Of a stretch of DNA of 64,000 nt, positions 45,837-57,986 are shown piece after piece (position 1 is the stretch's first letter; each line of letters starts with the position of its first letter). Source of the stretch: Coniocarpon cinnabarinum (taxonomy: Eukaryota). The notes under the pieces are model-generated. The model saw nothing but the letters and a program-made list of their open reading frames with translations. It ran no database searches and was not told the origin of the DNA. A program made the position numbers and the translations under genes. Location of the stretch: contig JAVECO010000031.1 in the NCBI GenBank assembly GCA_051942205.1, forward strand, positions 62,001-126,000, written 5' to 3'.

Positions 45837-48800
45837 GGTGTGATCGGGCGCATCACCATGAGAGACGGCGGGGTCAGACGAGGGATATATAGGAGTCTTG
45901 CGCGGTCCCGAGGGTCAGGCCGGACGATTGCGAGAGGACGCAATGGTCCCGTTGAGGACGCGACCCGAACGGAGTTTGAAGTGAGGTTTTAAATTCTGCT
46001 CGACAGGAAGAGTGCGATGTGAGAAGGACGTCGAGCCAACGTGGTAACAAGGGTTCAAGAGTAGGTAGGGCAGTCCAGGGAAACAGAGTTTTGGCCCACG
46101 GAGGAAGCCGGTAGGGCAGGGCCAGACGGTGGTGGAAGACTGGGGGGGTGGATGTTTGGGCGGATGGGTGGTAAAAGTCCTTCGACTAGGGGCGGCCCGC
46201 CAGACGACGGCTGGCGAGGAAGAGAAGAAGAGCAGAAAAAGTTGAAGCAACACTTCACGGGCCAGGAGAGCAGCAGGGCGCGACGCGGGCTTTTTGAGCA
46301 GGATGGAGGACGGCGTCCGCGCACGAGGCAGAGGGTGGATATGGGGAGGGGAGAGAAGCAGAGGGAAGAAAACGACACACTGCGATCAGCCACCCCGACA
46401 GTGTGGGTCACGGCTAGCGCGCCGCTAGCGCCAGCAACGGAAATGTCGTCGAAGCGCTAGAAGGGTGGAAGAATTTTCCTCTGAGTCAGGGTCCGGCCTC
46501 GTTGCCTCGTCGCAGCTGCTGCTCCCCTTCGTCCCTGCACGCTCGACAGGGGATTGCCCGTCCTTCTTGCTGCCCGTGGCCTGCACATCCGCACCATCCA
46601 ATCTTTTCACTGGCCCGCCCCGTCGCTGCGATCGCACTATTCTTGCCATTTGCCCATGCCTGCCTGCTGGACTGTCGCCGCCCGCGCTCGCCCTCGTTGG
46701 CAGCGGGCGCTGCGACGCCCACCTTTCGTTCTCCACGCGCGTCTGGTTGCGATAGCACCAATGCGACACACTCCACTGATCCTCCCCTGGCTCCGTCTGT
46801 GCACGTTGGCCCTCGCCAGCCATGCGCGTCATGGGCCCGTGGACCGTCGCCAGGGCGTCGTCCGGTGGTCCAGTCACTGTTGGAGCCACGCCAGATTCGC
46901 CGCCGTCCAACGCGGCACACCCTCCTTTCCCCATCTCTGACTGGTCGTCGCCCGGCTGGGGCCAGTTACTCCCTGAGGCACTCATGCCGTACTGGACGTG
47001 TCCCTGGCCCACATGCTAACAGCCCATCATCTGTCGCGGCGCCGTCCTGCAATGTGCCCAAGAGCGTTATGATCGTCGCTCCTGACTAGTGTGGTCCGCA
47101 GTGACAGCTGGCCCATCTCTGCCGCTATTGATGCATGGGTTCAAGCGCGCATCACCGTCACACCAAGAGGGAAGGGATAGTCAGCACTCCCGCCATGGTG
47201 CTACGATCGTCTGACGTATCCAGTGTCGCAAGAATCATTAGAGTCTAAATAATTTGCGCTGTGGACAATGCATTGGCGTGCGCCATCTCGCTCGTGATTC
47301 GCGCATTTTGCGACTGCAATATCTTCTGAATAATGCGCGTCGGCTCTTCAATCCATGTCGTGGGCGCGGCGAATTGATGGCAAACGGACATTGGGAAGCA
47401 GTAGCACTGCTGCACCCCACACGACAGGTAAACTCAATCTCCCTTGAAATCCTGGCAGACGACGTAGGTAGCAGACCGCCACGTGTTTGGACTGTACCAG
47501 AAGCCCGACATCCTCGTCCGGCTCAGCAATGTCCCCTGCGCGTACCGCGTGAATGTCGAACGTAGCGACGGTGCCAAGAGCGGATGGAAGCATCGCAGCT
47601 GCAAGAGAAGATTCCACGATCTTACCGCAGCGGGCAGGCGAGGCAGGTCAGGCTGGGTCGAGTGCGGGTTAGCCCAGGACTTAGCCCAGGACGCGTGCCG
47701 AGGCGATCTCTGCTGGTCCGCCTTGCCCGCTTGTGCCATTGCGCCGCCGACGAACCAGATCCTCTGAGGACCGGGGTCTTGTGACAGACGGCTGGCGCTC
47801 TCCAACTGGCTCCTTTCTCATGTTTTTTCTTCTCCCGCGCGGGATGCGCGTGGGCCACCCTTGGGATTCTGCTCAATGCAAGTTGATTCCAGAAGGTTTG
47901 TGGAAAAATCTGCACGTCAACTTCGTGTTCGTGAAGACTCTCACTGCGTAGGCGCAAGCCATGGATGCGTTCGGTGCGACTTGCTCGCCAAGTTCGCTGC
48001 GCTTTCGTTTGTGATGGTGGGAAGAACAAGTCATCGAGAGGCCTTTGTTATCATGTGGCCTGCAGGTGAGCGTTACGCAGCTTGCATACGACCAATCAGG
48101 CAGGATTTACATCCTCGCTCAACAGAGCTACAACGGCAAGCTCATGAGAGCAACCTGCAGGGCGGTCTGCGCCACACTGTCAACCGTCCTGGGCAATGTG
48201 CTGTGTAATGTGCGTGGTTATCGTTCTCTGGGGATTTCTGTCAACCAATCACTCGGACACGAGAGATTCTCTTCAGGGCTTTTCTTGCTTCGCACCGTTT
48301 AGCTCGGAATGAGATTCCAGTAGTGATGCCACCATGACCAAAGCACGTTAATGATCTCTGTACTGGTGCTTGATGACATGCTTTGAGGAGCGAAGTATGC
48401 GACCCTTGCGCTGGGACATTTTCTGTGACGACGCTACGCTGTAGCAGAACGACCTCCTTGCCGCCGCGGAAGATATGATCCGCTCGGAACCCGATACAGG
48501 CTCATGACCAGGTTCCAGCGCACAGACAACACGTGCGCCCTCCGGGTGCATGATACATCCTCAATCAAGGACAAGGCTGCGTCAGGTTGTGCAAGCATAG
48601 CCTACATGATCTGCCTCGAGTTTTCGCCTGTGCCGCAGCGGTAGGCGGGAAGGCAGATCACAACACGGCTCGTATGCCCCTTTCGGACATCTGCTATCTC
48701 ATCTTTCCAATTCGTTTCGGCATCGACGGCTTCACATGTCAAACTGAGTCGTGAGCGTTTTCGAAGGAGATCGCCGACATGCGTAAAGTGCCTCTCACCG

Positions 48801-48838
48801 GGCAATTTTTCGACGAATACACGCTTCTTGTTCATACT

Positions 48839-51800
48839 TCATCCGGGCATGGTTCCTCTCTGGGGCGATATCATTGAGAATGTAGCTGCATCGCAACTGA
48901 TGTCCTCAAAGCTGTGCAATGAGTCAAAACCCATCGCCGATAAGGATCCTGTGGTTCCGTCGCCATCGGCGCAATCCAGCACGCATACCTCGCAACCTTG
49001 TTGCTTGATTTGTTTGACTCCGAGTAGTACCAAGCTCTGCAAGAGTGTCGAGTATTCTCCGGCAGACGGCGAAATGACCGGACTTGACATTCCGCCCGTG
49101 AGGACATTGAAGGCTTTCATGCCCGGGACATATTCTGCCAGATTCGACCGATCATTGTAAAGCACAATGGTTCCCACTACGGCCCGATCATGTATTCGCC
49201 GTGCGCGAATGATGCCACAGGCGCTTGGATCCGCGAGTGCGAGCTTGTAGATTTCCGCCAGGCCTTGACGCGAACTAGTCTTGATGTGTTCGAGAATGTA
49301 AGGTCCATAATCCGTGTATCCGTAAATGAGGTCGAATTCGATGGTCTGTTGAGCGGCTTGCAGAGAGCGTGCCATCTCATCCGGCACAATCCAACTCTGA
49401 AGACTGTATGCCACCATGCTGCAGATTGGCCTTGAGACAGAGGAGTGCCATCCCAGATTAGAAAACCATGCTCGAAGCTTTTTGGATTCTGCACCTCGAT
49501 CGGTGGGCACGCCCAAATAGATACTGGGCAGTCGGGAACCCAGCTGAAAACGTCGAATACCTCCTTTCTGGAGAAGTGTGCGGATAGCACGAGCGTGTAG
49601 CGAAGCTCCAATAGAGAGTTTCCGTCGCTGAGGATCCACCACAACGGCGCCGATGACGCCCGTGGCTGTATCTTTGAAGTAGTACGTCGACACAAACCCG
49701 TACAGGGCTTGTGTACTACTGTTGCGCACAACAAAGTGCGTCTCCAGAACTTCAGGATTGCGTAAGAGAAAGGAATTCGAAGTTGCGTTCGTCAGTTCAG
49801 ATATTCTGCCGGGATCGGTGTCTTCAACAACACTTTTCAACAGGGTGTCCAAGGCATTCGCGTCTCGGTCCTCTTTAAACGCCTCCACTAGCCAGTGTTG
49901 TCGTGATTGATGTGCTTGTTGAGTCTGACTAATGGAGCCTGGTAACCTTCCAGTAGCAGTCAGATCTCCATAGAGAACACCAACGAGGGAATTCAAAGAC
50001 GTTTCAGTAAAGTCGTATGTGCAAATGTATGTGCCAACGGTATTGAGATCCAGTGTGAAGTCGTAGGGTGACGACACTGAGACGACTATAAGTGGTTTCT
50101 CACCTCTCGCTGAAGCTTTCTGCATCTTGCAAATCATGGAGATGTGCTTCGTAAACCCGTTCTGGTATAAGTTTCGATTCGCGTCGGCAGTGACAATGAT
50201 GACCGCTCCTGCTCGCTCAATGAGATTCTCGTGTACTGGTCGAACGCCATTGGCTGTGTATGATGTATGTAGGACCCTGCCGGATCGTTGCCTTGCAAGC
50301 GAGCGACCCAGCTCTTTGAACACAGACTCGCCATTCATAATCGAAGCTGTACGGTCCCAGCTGTAATGATCCGGCGAATAGGCATCCAATATCGTGTCAG
50401 AGAGCGCTCGAGCAGCTGCAGAAGCTGCCAGCGGCTTGACTAATGGTGTCAGGACGAGGAGCTCCTCTTCAGGCTCCAGGATATTAGTCAGTGGCAACCA
50501 TTCGTTGCGGTCCCGAATGACAGATATGGACTGGTTGTAAGCCTTGGTCGACAGTTGGGTATGAGATGGTTGCAGATTGTTTAGAAGGCTCACACCTGCT
50601 GGGTTGAGCGCATGCTCCCATGAACACATGGCAGAGTCTGCTTTCATTTTGAGCACCCTTTGAAGCGAGAGCCGAATGCGGTCTAAACTGATTAGTGAGT
50701 TCTCGATGCCCAGCTTCAGCCCAGACATTGCTTCTTCTTGTACTGCCGGACTGCGGCAAAGAAGTACAAGATCACAGCCTGCGTTCACTGCCATGACTGT
50801 ACCTGAGCCTATGCCAATGGTATGACTCAGAGCTTCCATCTCCAAGCACTCAGATACTACGACACCGTTGAATCTTAGGTCTGCCGTCTGTCAGCCTTCT
50901 CCTGATAGTGATCGTCACAACTCTTACCATTCCTCAAGGTGTTGTCGACCACCTGCTCCGACAGGCAAGCGTGCATCACCTCGAGCCCTGGCGAAGACAT
51001 GGCACATCCACCAACCATTATAGAGTCGATACCTTCTCTCGTAGCATTCTTGAAAGGAATCAGCGCACTTTGCTTGAGGGTCTCAAGCGACTCCGTGATC
51101 GTGGGTACATCGAGAGAGGTTCCGAGAAATTGTAGATTGCCATATGAGGGGAAGTGCTTGCCCATGGTCATCAGTCCTGCTGATTTGTAGCCCTGTCCAT
51201 CTTCAGCATTGCCATGTCAGATAGGAGGGCTCATTTTCAGACCTTTATAAAAGCAACGCCATAGTCAGAGACCTGAGAAGGATCGTCGCAAAACGCGCGC
51301 ACGCCCAGTGGTTGATTGCGCGCGTTGGACAATGTATCCAGACAGGGTCCCATGATCCAGTTGATGCCTTCACCATGTGTAAGAATGGGCTCTTGCGACA
51401 AGCACAGGATCCTTGCCTACCACACGCTGCAACCTCTTCAGCGGTCGCCTTAGCGACCTCAAAGGCTAGGTCCGTTGAGCCCGTAGCCGCCACGCCCATT
51501 GCTGAAGGGTATTGTCTAATGTATATCTCGTCGAACAAGCTATTAACACCTCCATTCTCTTGGTCGATGCCAATGGCGAGTGGCACAGGATGCCCAGCAT
51601 CATGCGCAATCTTTTGGAGATCGAAAATAAGTTGGGTCGTCTCTTGAGCGGCTATGAGTTGTCAGTCGTCTGCAGGGAGGAAGGCGCTTTGAGTGGTGCA
51701 GCTTCACATTTGAGGTTTTTGGCGGTGAGGAGAATCGAGCCCAGATGATGCTGCTCAATCAAGTTTTTGATATGTGGCGTAACAGTTGTGCCATCAAAGC

Positions 51801-51926
51801 CCATCATAAACAACTGTCCTAGAGTGCTGTATGCATGGTCAGTCCACTGGAGACGTGCAACATGGCCATGCGCATGTTTGCTTGCCGGTCGATATCACTC
51901 CAGGCCAGATCATCTGGATCCGCCAT
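48839..51926 (-). CDS. NGS1: GH3 beta-N-acetylglucosaminidase-like domain + C-terminal GNAT domains (NGS1/NAG3 GlcNAc sensor type), multi-exon
   Basis: LGQLFMMGFDG, IGIDQENGGVNSL, PSAMGVAATG, GKHFPSYG, VVVSECLEMEAL, AVNAGCDLVLLC; GNAT-like VVVDPQRRKLSIGASL near the C-terminus. Confidence 0.85.
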
Positions 51927-52609
51927 CTTGGCACGATCGAGCCAGCAGAGCTGTGTCAAAACATCAAGGAAAGTAAGGAGAGAAGGAAAGGGAAGGCGAC
52001 CAGCGCGTCTAGCATTGAGCGACTGTGAGATGGCGATCGCCAAAGGTGAGGTAGGCAACTAAAATGGTGTACACGAGCTAATCAATCCAACCAACGTCAG
52101 CTCTGCCCAGCTTACAGATCTTGACTAGTGGTCGACCCGACCTACTTAATAGCCTGACTGCACCTGCTTCAAAGCCACCAGGTTGCGTACAGATTTCCAC
52201 TCGTCCCTAGGAGTGCAACACGTCGCTCGACAATCATGTTAGTGGCGCGCGAGAAGTCGATGTGGGTCCGATGGCATCCACGTCGACCAGGGCGGAACTC
52301 AGTGGCGCTGCACGGTCACCTTTCCCGGTCATCACCGAGGTCAAACCAGCACACGGGCCATGTGCAGTCAAATCTCTTCTGATTGAACAGGCAATCTACA
52401 ATCTATGTATGCTGAGAAGGCGGACGATTGTCACTGGAGAAGATACAAGGAGTTTCTTCCACAGGACGCCGACTCCGCTTTGCGATGCTTCGAACGCTAT
52501 GCTCCTGTCACACCATGCTTCATGCTAGACTCTATATCCCTTTGCGCCTGCTGAATCATCGGAAGGTCGCTTCTATCCACACACTCGCCGAAACCAACCA
52601 CATGTCCTC

Positions 52610-54742
52610 CTACATCTGGAATCGAATCAGGTACTTCATCTTGATTTGCGCAACCTGTTCATGCAGTCAGTACGCAGAATACCGGAACTCGTTCGAGGGC
52701 TCAGTGCGAGAACCTACATCATAGACAATGTATTCATTGTATTGTAAGTACGTGTTTGGATGTTGCTGAGACTGGTCCCCGGGCTGTAGCTTTGGGTCAG
52801 GCACCATGACGCCTTTGAGGTCTTTGCTGATCACGTCGCCGGCATCCACCCAACCTTGAGGTGTGGTGCGGCCAATGCCATACGTTGCAATGGCCCCAGC
52901 CTTTACGGCGCCTTCTTGAGCTCTCGAGTCACCCGTCAAAAGCTCATACATGGGGTTGCCCAGTTCAGCTTCACACAGGAGCAGGAGGCCAGTGTTCCCT
53001 GAGCTTGAGCTCACACAGTAGTTCGCTGATTTGGTAGAGATGTCGGCAAGATATACACCTTTCCCAAAGGCGTAACCATTGCTATTTCGAGGTAATCATC
53101 AGCTTGCGTAGTTCTGAAAGTCGCAGATTTGTAGCTTACACAGGAGCCTCTGGCGGAGCTATACGGAGACCCTGACTAAGGATCCCGCCGAACTGCAAAA
53201 GTGTCAGTACGTTCTTCTCGAGCTGAATTACAATAAACGGACATTGGTTGTGCGAGAGCCATGCCATAGCAGACGACGGTTTTTGTCTTTGATATCCGCA
53301 AACTTCGACTTATTGAAACGCTCGGCTTCGCCTTCACGCTCGATCTTGAAGATGTCTTGAAGACGGTATCGAATGCTGTGTGTGTGGCCAGCAGTATTGA
53401 CAAGATAGTTTTTCAGCGCCTGGTATTCATCGGATTTATGGTCAAGTGGCGCGCACTCGTCCAGCTTGAGCTGCTCGAAGCGCTTGTCGATCTGAGCAAC
53501 AGAGTCCGCGTCTTTGTGGCGATCGCTAGACATCTTCATGATCTGATTGGCGACCTCCATGTCTGTCAGAGTGTCAAGCATTGCGACCTCTTTGGCCAGG
53601 AGATCAGTATTGTTGATCATGGGGGGACGTGCTCTGCCAAAGACATGGGGGATAGTTGAATAGTACTGGTTGGTGAAATCCTCGAGAGCATCCTGCTGCG
53701 AAGTACCGTACTTGTCCGGAGCCAAAGAAGGATGACGAATCAAGCTTGACAGCTCCTTCAAATGCTCGAAGCCTTTTTGAATAGTGCTTTTCCCTAGCTT
53801 GCCTAAGGGAAGCTTTTCCGCATTGTAGCCGATGTTCTCAAGAACGGAGTTGAAATGATTCTCGTTGAAGATCAATTCCATAAGTCGTTGTACTTGGACA
53901 GGAAGCTTGCTGGCCGGCTGGTCTTTGGAATCAACGTCGTCATCTTCCTCCTTTTTCACGGCTCCTTGATCGTTGTCCTCATCGTCGTCGTCGTAACTCT
54001 TTTCAAGAAAGGTGTACTTTCCTTTCACCGGTTCACTACCACGATCATCCCATTTCAGCCCCGACTTTTTAGGAGGGTTAGCAATGCGGGTCGTCAAAAG
54101 GAAGTTGTGAACATGACTTTGCAGGTAATGCAAGACTATCTTGGCACCAACAGCACGAAGACTTCGGAACTCAGGGGATCTCCACGACGAACAATATGGC
54201 AAGCGTACCTTTTCCCTGAATTTCTTCTTGTACTCCTTGAGAGCGCTCTCCACGTCCTGGAAGTCCATGGTCTTCTTTTGACTAGAAAATAGCATCAGCG
54301 TTGTGAGAGCATGTGCATAATGCAGACTCAGCCCACCCGAACTCCCCAACCCGGCCCCATCGGGTGTGAACAGAGTACTGTTTGTTCACTTGGAGTAGCT
54401 GCAAACGGTAGAACTACGAACGGTGAGTACTTCAGCGGCACATGACGGAGCAGCAGGGCGTGATATACCTTGTTGGCATTCATTGCCACTTGACTTTGGT
54501 TGAGAGAGGCATCAAAGATGACCCCATCGTCATCCACGTATACTTTTGCAGCTGTTGTGGGTTATGGTGAGTGTTGGGCATGCTCAGCAAATCATGCTGG
54601 ACGTACGAGCTCCTCCGTAAAACCCCTCGTCAACGGGTACGTTAATGTCCTTGTTGACGGACTTTTGGTCATTTTGTTTAGCTTGCTTCGCGCTGGGTTG
54701 ATTCATCTGCGGTGTAGCAGCCTTTCTCTTCTTTGGTGGCAT
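52610..54742 (-). CDS. Poly(ADP-ribose) polymerase (WGR, regulatory and catalytic domains), multi-exon
   Basis: IFDASLNQSQVAMNANK; WGR exon; FREKSGLKWDDR; LPLGKLGK; FTNQYYSTIPHVFG; LLWHGSRTTN; FGKGVYLADISTKSANYC; LLLCEAELG; LQYNEYIVYD|VAQIKMKYL (H-Y-E triad present). Confidence 0.9.
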
Positions 54743-55391
54743 TGTGCGCAAGTCGAAATTACAACAGAGATGTGTTGGGAACGATAGAGTCACGTTCACG
54801 CTAGGGCAGCGAGACTGAATGCGAGAAACCAGCCCGTCGTGCAACTCGACTCGGATCGAATACGAGAACAGCACAGTAGAGAAAGAGCATGGCGACGTGA
54901 TATTTATGAGCGGTGTCAAGGAGAAGCAGTAAATAGGTAGGTTTGTATGGGGCTACGGGAAGGGCATAGCGCCAGGCAACCAGCGCCGGTGCGGCCTGCT
55001 TGGTGGGTGGGAGTGGTGGAAAGCGTGGGCCTCTCACCGCCTCCTCTATTCATCGCTCCAGGCAGCATCCTCCTAATTGCAACTCAGATGGCCGCAAGTG
55101 TCGCTGGAAGCCTGGGATGGAATGTGAGGTAGGTATGGCAGGAGCAGGCCCGCAGGTAGAAGTCCCGAGATGTGGGGCCACGGTTCGCAGATCATTGGAG
55201 GCAGGTACCTGGCAGGGTCTCGTTCAGATCAGCATTTTTGACAATATCTTAGGTGAGACAGGCAGAAACGACGTCGAAGGTGGAAGAGCATACGCGGTTT
55301 CAAGTAACTTGACAGCCTCATCGTCGACCGGCCAAGGAGCTCAATATTTGGGTGTATGGATAAGTAGAAATGTACAGAACAACCTCGCCAA

Positions 55392-57986
55392 TTACCTTGG
55401 TCGCGACTGTTCGTTGCGACTCGAATCCGACGAGGAGCTGAGCAGCTGCTTCTCGTCACTCTCGTCCTGCTCTCCATGCGGCTCGTCTCGATACTCTTCG
55501 TCGTCACTGAACAAATTCTCGTCGCTCTCGCCCGCAAATGCATCGTACAGCTCTCGCGCCCGCCGCTTTCCCCCTCTGCCGGTCCGCGCCCCGCCAATAT
55601 CATCGTCAAAGTCGTCATCGTTGAGTGATTGAAACTCGTAGTTCTCTCGCGAGTTCTTTTGCTGCTTCCTTTTCGCCATGTACAGATACGTCCCGATGCT
55701 GATGCAAAAAATGACTATGAGTGCAAATGCGCCGTAAATCCACACCTGGGTCCGCTTCGAAACGCCAAAGGTGGGAAACGGACCAGGAAGGAATTTATCC
55801 GGGTCCGCTGTGGATGTGGAACTTGATCCGGAAGTGCTAGATGGATATTCCAGGTCTTCTTCCTTGTCAGTCCCGGCTCCAGTCTCGACGGGTCTGGGGG
55901 GAGAAAAGCCCATGGTCGTGGTGGGCTCTGTGGTGGCATCTGCAGGCGTATCGCTTGGTCGGGCAACCGTAGGGCGCTCTGGATGATCGGTGGGATGCTC
56001 GAGTGGTTCTCCTGTGGCGGTTGGCACATCGACAGGATGAGTGCTGGCCACTGCGTCCTCTCGATCGTGGTCGTCATCGTCGTTTTCTTCTGGCAAAGGA
56101 AGAGGCCTTTGCTTCTTCGCGTCGATGCACTCTCCAAACAAGCTCAGCCTCCAATCGACAAAAGTACCAGTGTGGTCATTCTCCTTAAGGTCTTTGACCA
56201 CAATCTTCCAGTCACCGACGCCAGACTCGCCCCAGTGAGCAACAGACATGAAGGTCCAATCAACGTAGCCGCCATTGAACTCATCAAGTCTTCTTGCTGT
56301 GCTCAGATGACTGGTCATGCCGCTTGGACTTTGCAGTTCAACTGCAAGATCTCCACGACGCGTGTGATTGACGTTCATGGTCACCGTCACTTGTTCAACA
56401 CGCTCTAGATTGGCGTCTCGAAGCAAGTCCTTAGTGACAGTGTAGTGGTGCGCCAAACCTTGGTCACCTTGTGGAATGGGCGCTCGAACGTGCTGCCACG
56501 GTGACTTGTACCATGCCTGGGGCTTGACTTTTTGCCAGTCCTTTGCCTTTTCAACTAGTGCCCACGCATCAAGCTTCCCGTACCCATACTGATGGCTAAA
56601 TTGCTTGCCTAGTGATGTGTTCTGCCAATCATAGGGTGTCGGTTCGCCGGGTGTCTCAAATGGTACAGCAGTCTCCATCGTCAGCCACTGCATGTCTCTC
56701 CATCCAAGATCTGGACGGACTTCCAGAACCAATGCAAACATAGCAGCAGCTAACGGACCAGCAGCCGATGTACCACCGTGGGTTTTGGTGCAGCCGCCCC
56801 CGACGTTCGCAACATTTGTGGTGTGAATTGCATCACCGCTTCCACTGGAATAGGTCACAGCCATTTGAGCGGAGCATTTCTCCGAATAGTAAGGATGGAT
56901 GCCCTTTCGGTCAATCGCACCCACCGTGATGCTGTAAATGCTGTTGGTATAACCGTCAAAATTGCAATTATCGTCCTTTTGAGCGCCATTGCCTGCAGCA
57001 AACACGTAGATGGTGCCCAGACCTCCACGGCCTTGCTGCGTTGCTGAAATCATGGCCCGTTTGATGAGGATTCCGGGTTCTCCCATCTCTTTGCCATCAT
57101 CTGGCGGACCCCATGAGCAGGAGTAAATGTCGTTCTCCTGAAATCCATAAACCATTGCCTCAGCTTCGTCAGAGTCAGTAATGGGTTTCGACAGAATACG
57201 AATACCTGCAACTTTGGCATCGTAAGCGACGCCGACACCACAGACATCGTTGCGCACAGCCGCCACCTCGCCGGCGCAACGCGTACCGTGTTGATCATCG
57301 GACAGGCGCGGCTTGGGTTCCTTGGAGTCATCGTTGAAATCATAAGATCCTGCTGCAAAGTAGTTGGCGGCCAGGTCAGGACTGTCCAAGTCCAGTCCAT
57401 CATCCACAATGCAGACTGTTGCATTCTTTCCGGTCACGCCCGATGACCACACACCAGTGACATTGATGTCGTGTCTCAATTGAACGGGGTTGAACAAGTG
57501 CCACTGCTCTGCAAACATAGGGTCGTTAATGCTCAGTTGTCGTGCAACCTCTTTCTGCTGTTGGACGGCGGATTCTTTGGCACTCTCACCCGAATTTTGC
57601 TGGGCGGCCTGATTGCTCGATACTGCTATCGGTAGCGCAGATCGTTTCTGTTTTGGGGGCTTGAGGATTTGCTTTTGGTTGAGTCTTATACTGTCGAGGA
57701 GATCATTCCGATATGAAAGGCCGAGAGATCTTTTGCGCCGCTTGTGGGCTCTTAACTCTGTCTTAATAATGTCATTGTCATGCTTCGGATGACGGAACAA
57801 GTGGTGATGATCAAGTCCTGCTAATTGACGGTCGTATTCTAATCCTAAGTGACCGGCCACATCCTGTGGAGAGACGCCAGCGTTGAGATGTACTGCGTAA
57901 TAATCATGTGTATCATAGTCTCGCGTCGCAGAGACATTGTTGAGGAAAGATAGTCCGAATAGGATGTGGGGGAGAGAGAGGCGCAT
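55392..57986 (-). CDS. KEX2: Kexin, pheromone-processing subtilisin-like endoprotease
   Basis: Signal peptide; prodomain ending KQKR; IVDDGLD, HGTRCAGE, AAGNG, HGGTSAAGP; P-domain with RRGDL; TM helix and an acidic tail with YEF and ELYDAF. Confidence 0.97.
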   Translation of the reverse strand: MRLSLPHILFGLSFLNNVSATRDYDTHDYYAVHLNAGVSPQDVAGHLGLEYDRQLAGLDHHHLFRHPKHDNDIIKTELRAHKRRKRSLGLSYRNDLLDSIRLNQKQILKPPKQKRSALPIAVSSNQAAQQNSGESAKESAVQQQKEVARQLSINDPMFAEQWHLFNPVQLRHDINVTGVWSSGVTGKNATVCIVDDGLDLDSPDLAANYFAAGSYDFNDDSKEPKPRLSDDQHGTRCAGEVAAVRNDVCGVGVAYDAKVAGIRILSKPITDSDEAEAMVYGFQENDIYSCSWGPPDDGKEMGEPGILIKRAMISATQQGRGGLGTIYVFAAGNGAQKDDNCNFDGYTNSIYSITVGAIDRKGIHPYYSEKCSAQMAVTYSSGSGDAIHTTNVANVGGGCTKTHGGTSAAGPLAAAMFALVLEVRPDLGWRDMQWLTMETAVPFETPGEPTPYDWQNTSLGKQFSHQYGYGKLDAWALVEKAKDWQKVKPQAWYKSPWQHVRAPIPQGDQGLAHHYTVTKDLLRDANLERVEQVTVTMNVNHTRRGDLAVELQSPSGMTSHLSTARRLDEFNGGYVDWTFMSVAHWGESGVGDWKIVVKDLKENDHTGTFVDWRLSLFGECIDAKKQRPLPLPEENDDDDHDREDAVASTHPVDVPTATGEPLEHPTDHPERPTVARPSDTPADATTEPTTTMGFSPPRPVETGAGTDKEEDLEYPSSTSGSSSTSTADPDKFLPGPFPTFGVSKRTQVWIYGAFALIVIFCISIGTYLYMAKRKQQKNSRENYEFQSLNDDDFDDDIGGARTGRGGKRRARELYDAFAGESDENLFSDDEEYRDEPHGEQDESDEKQLLSSSSDSSRNEQSRPR

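Noticed and set aside
46425..47089. Pair of 195-aa ORFs on opposite strands
   Set aside because: Very GC-rich DNA with few stops in any frame and no domain signal.
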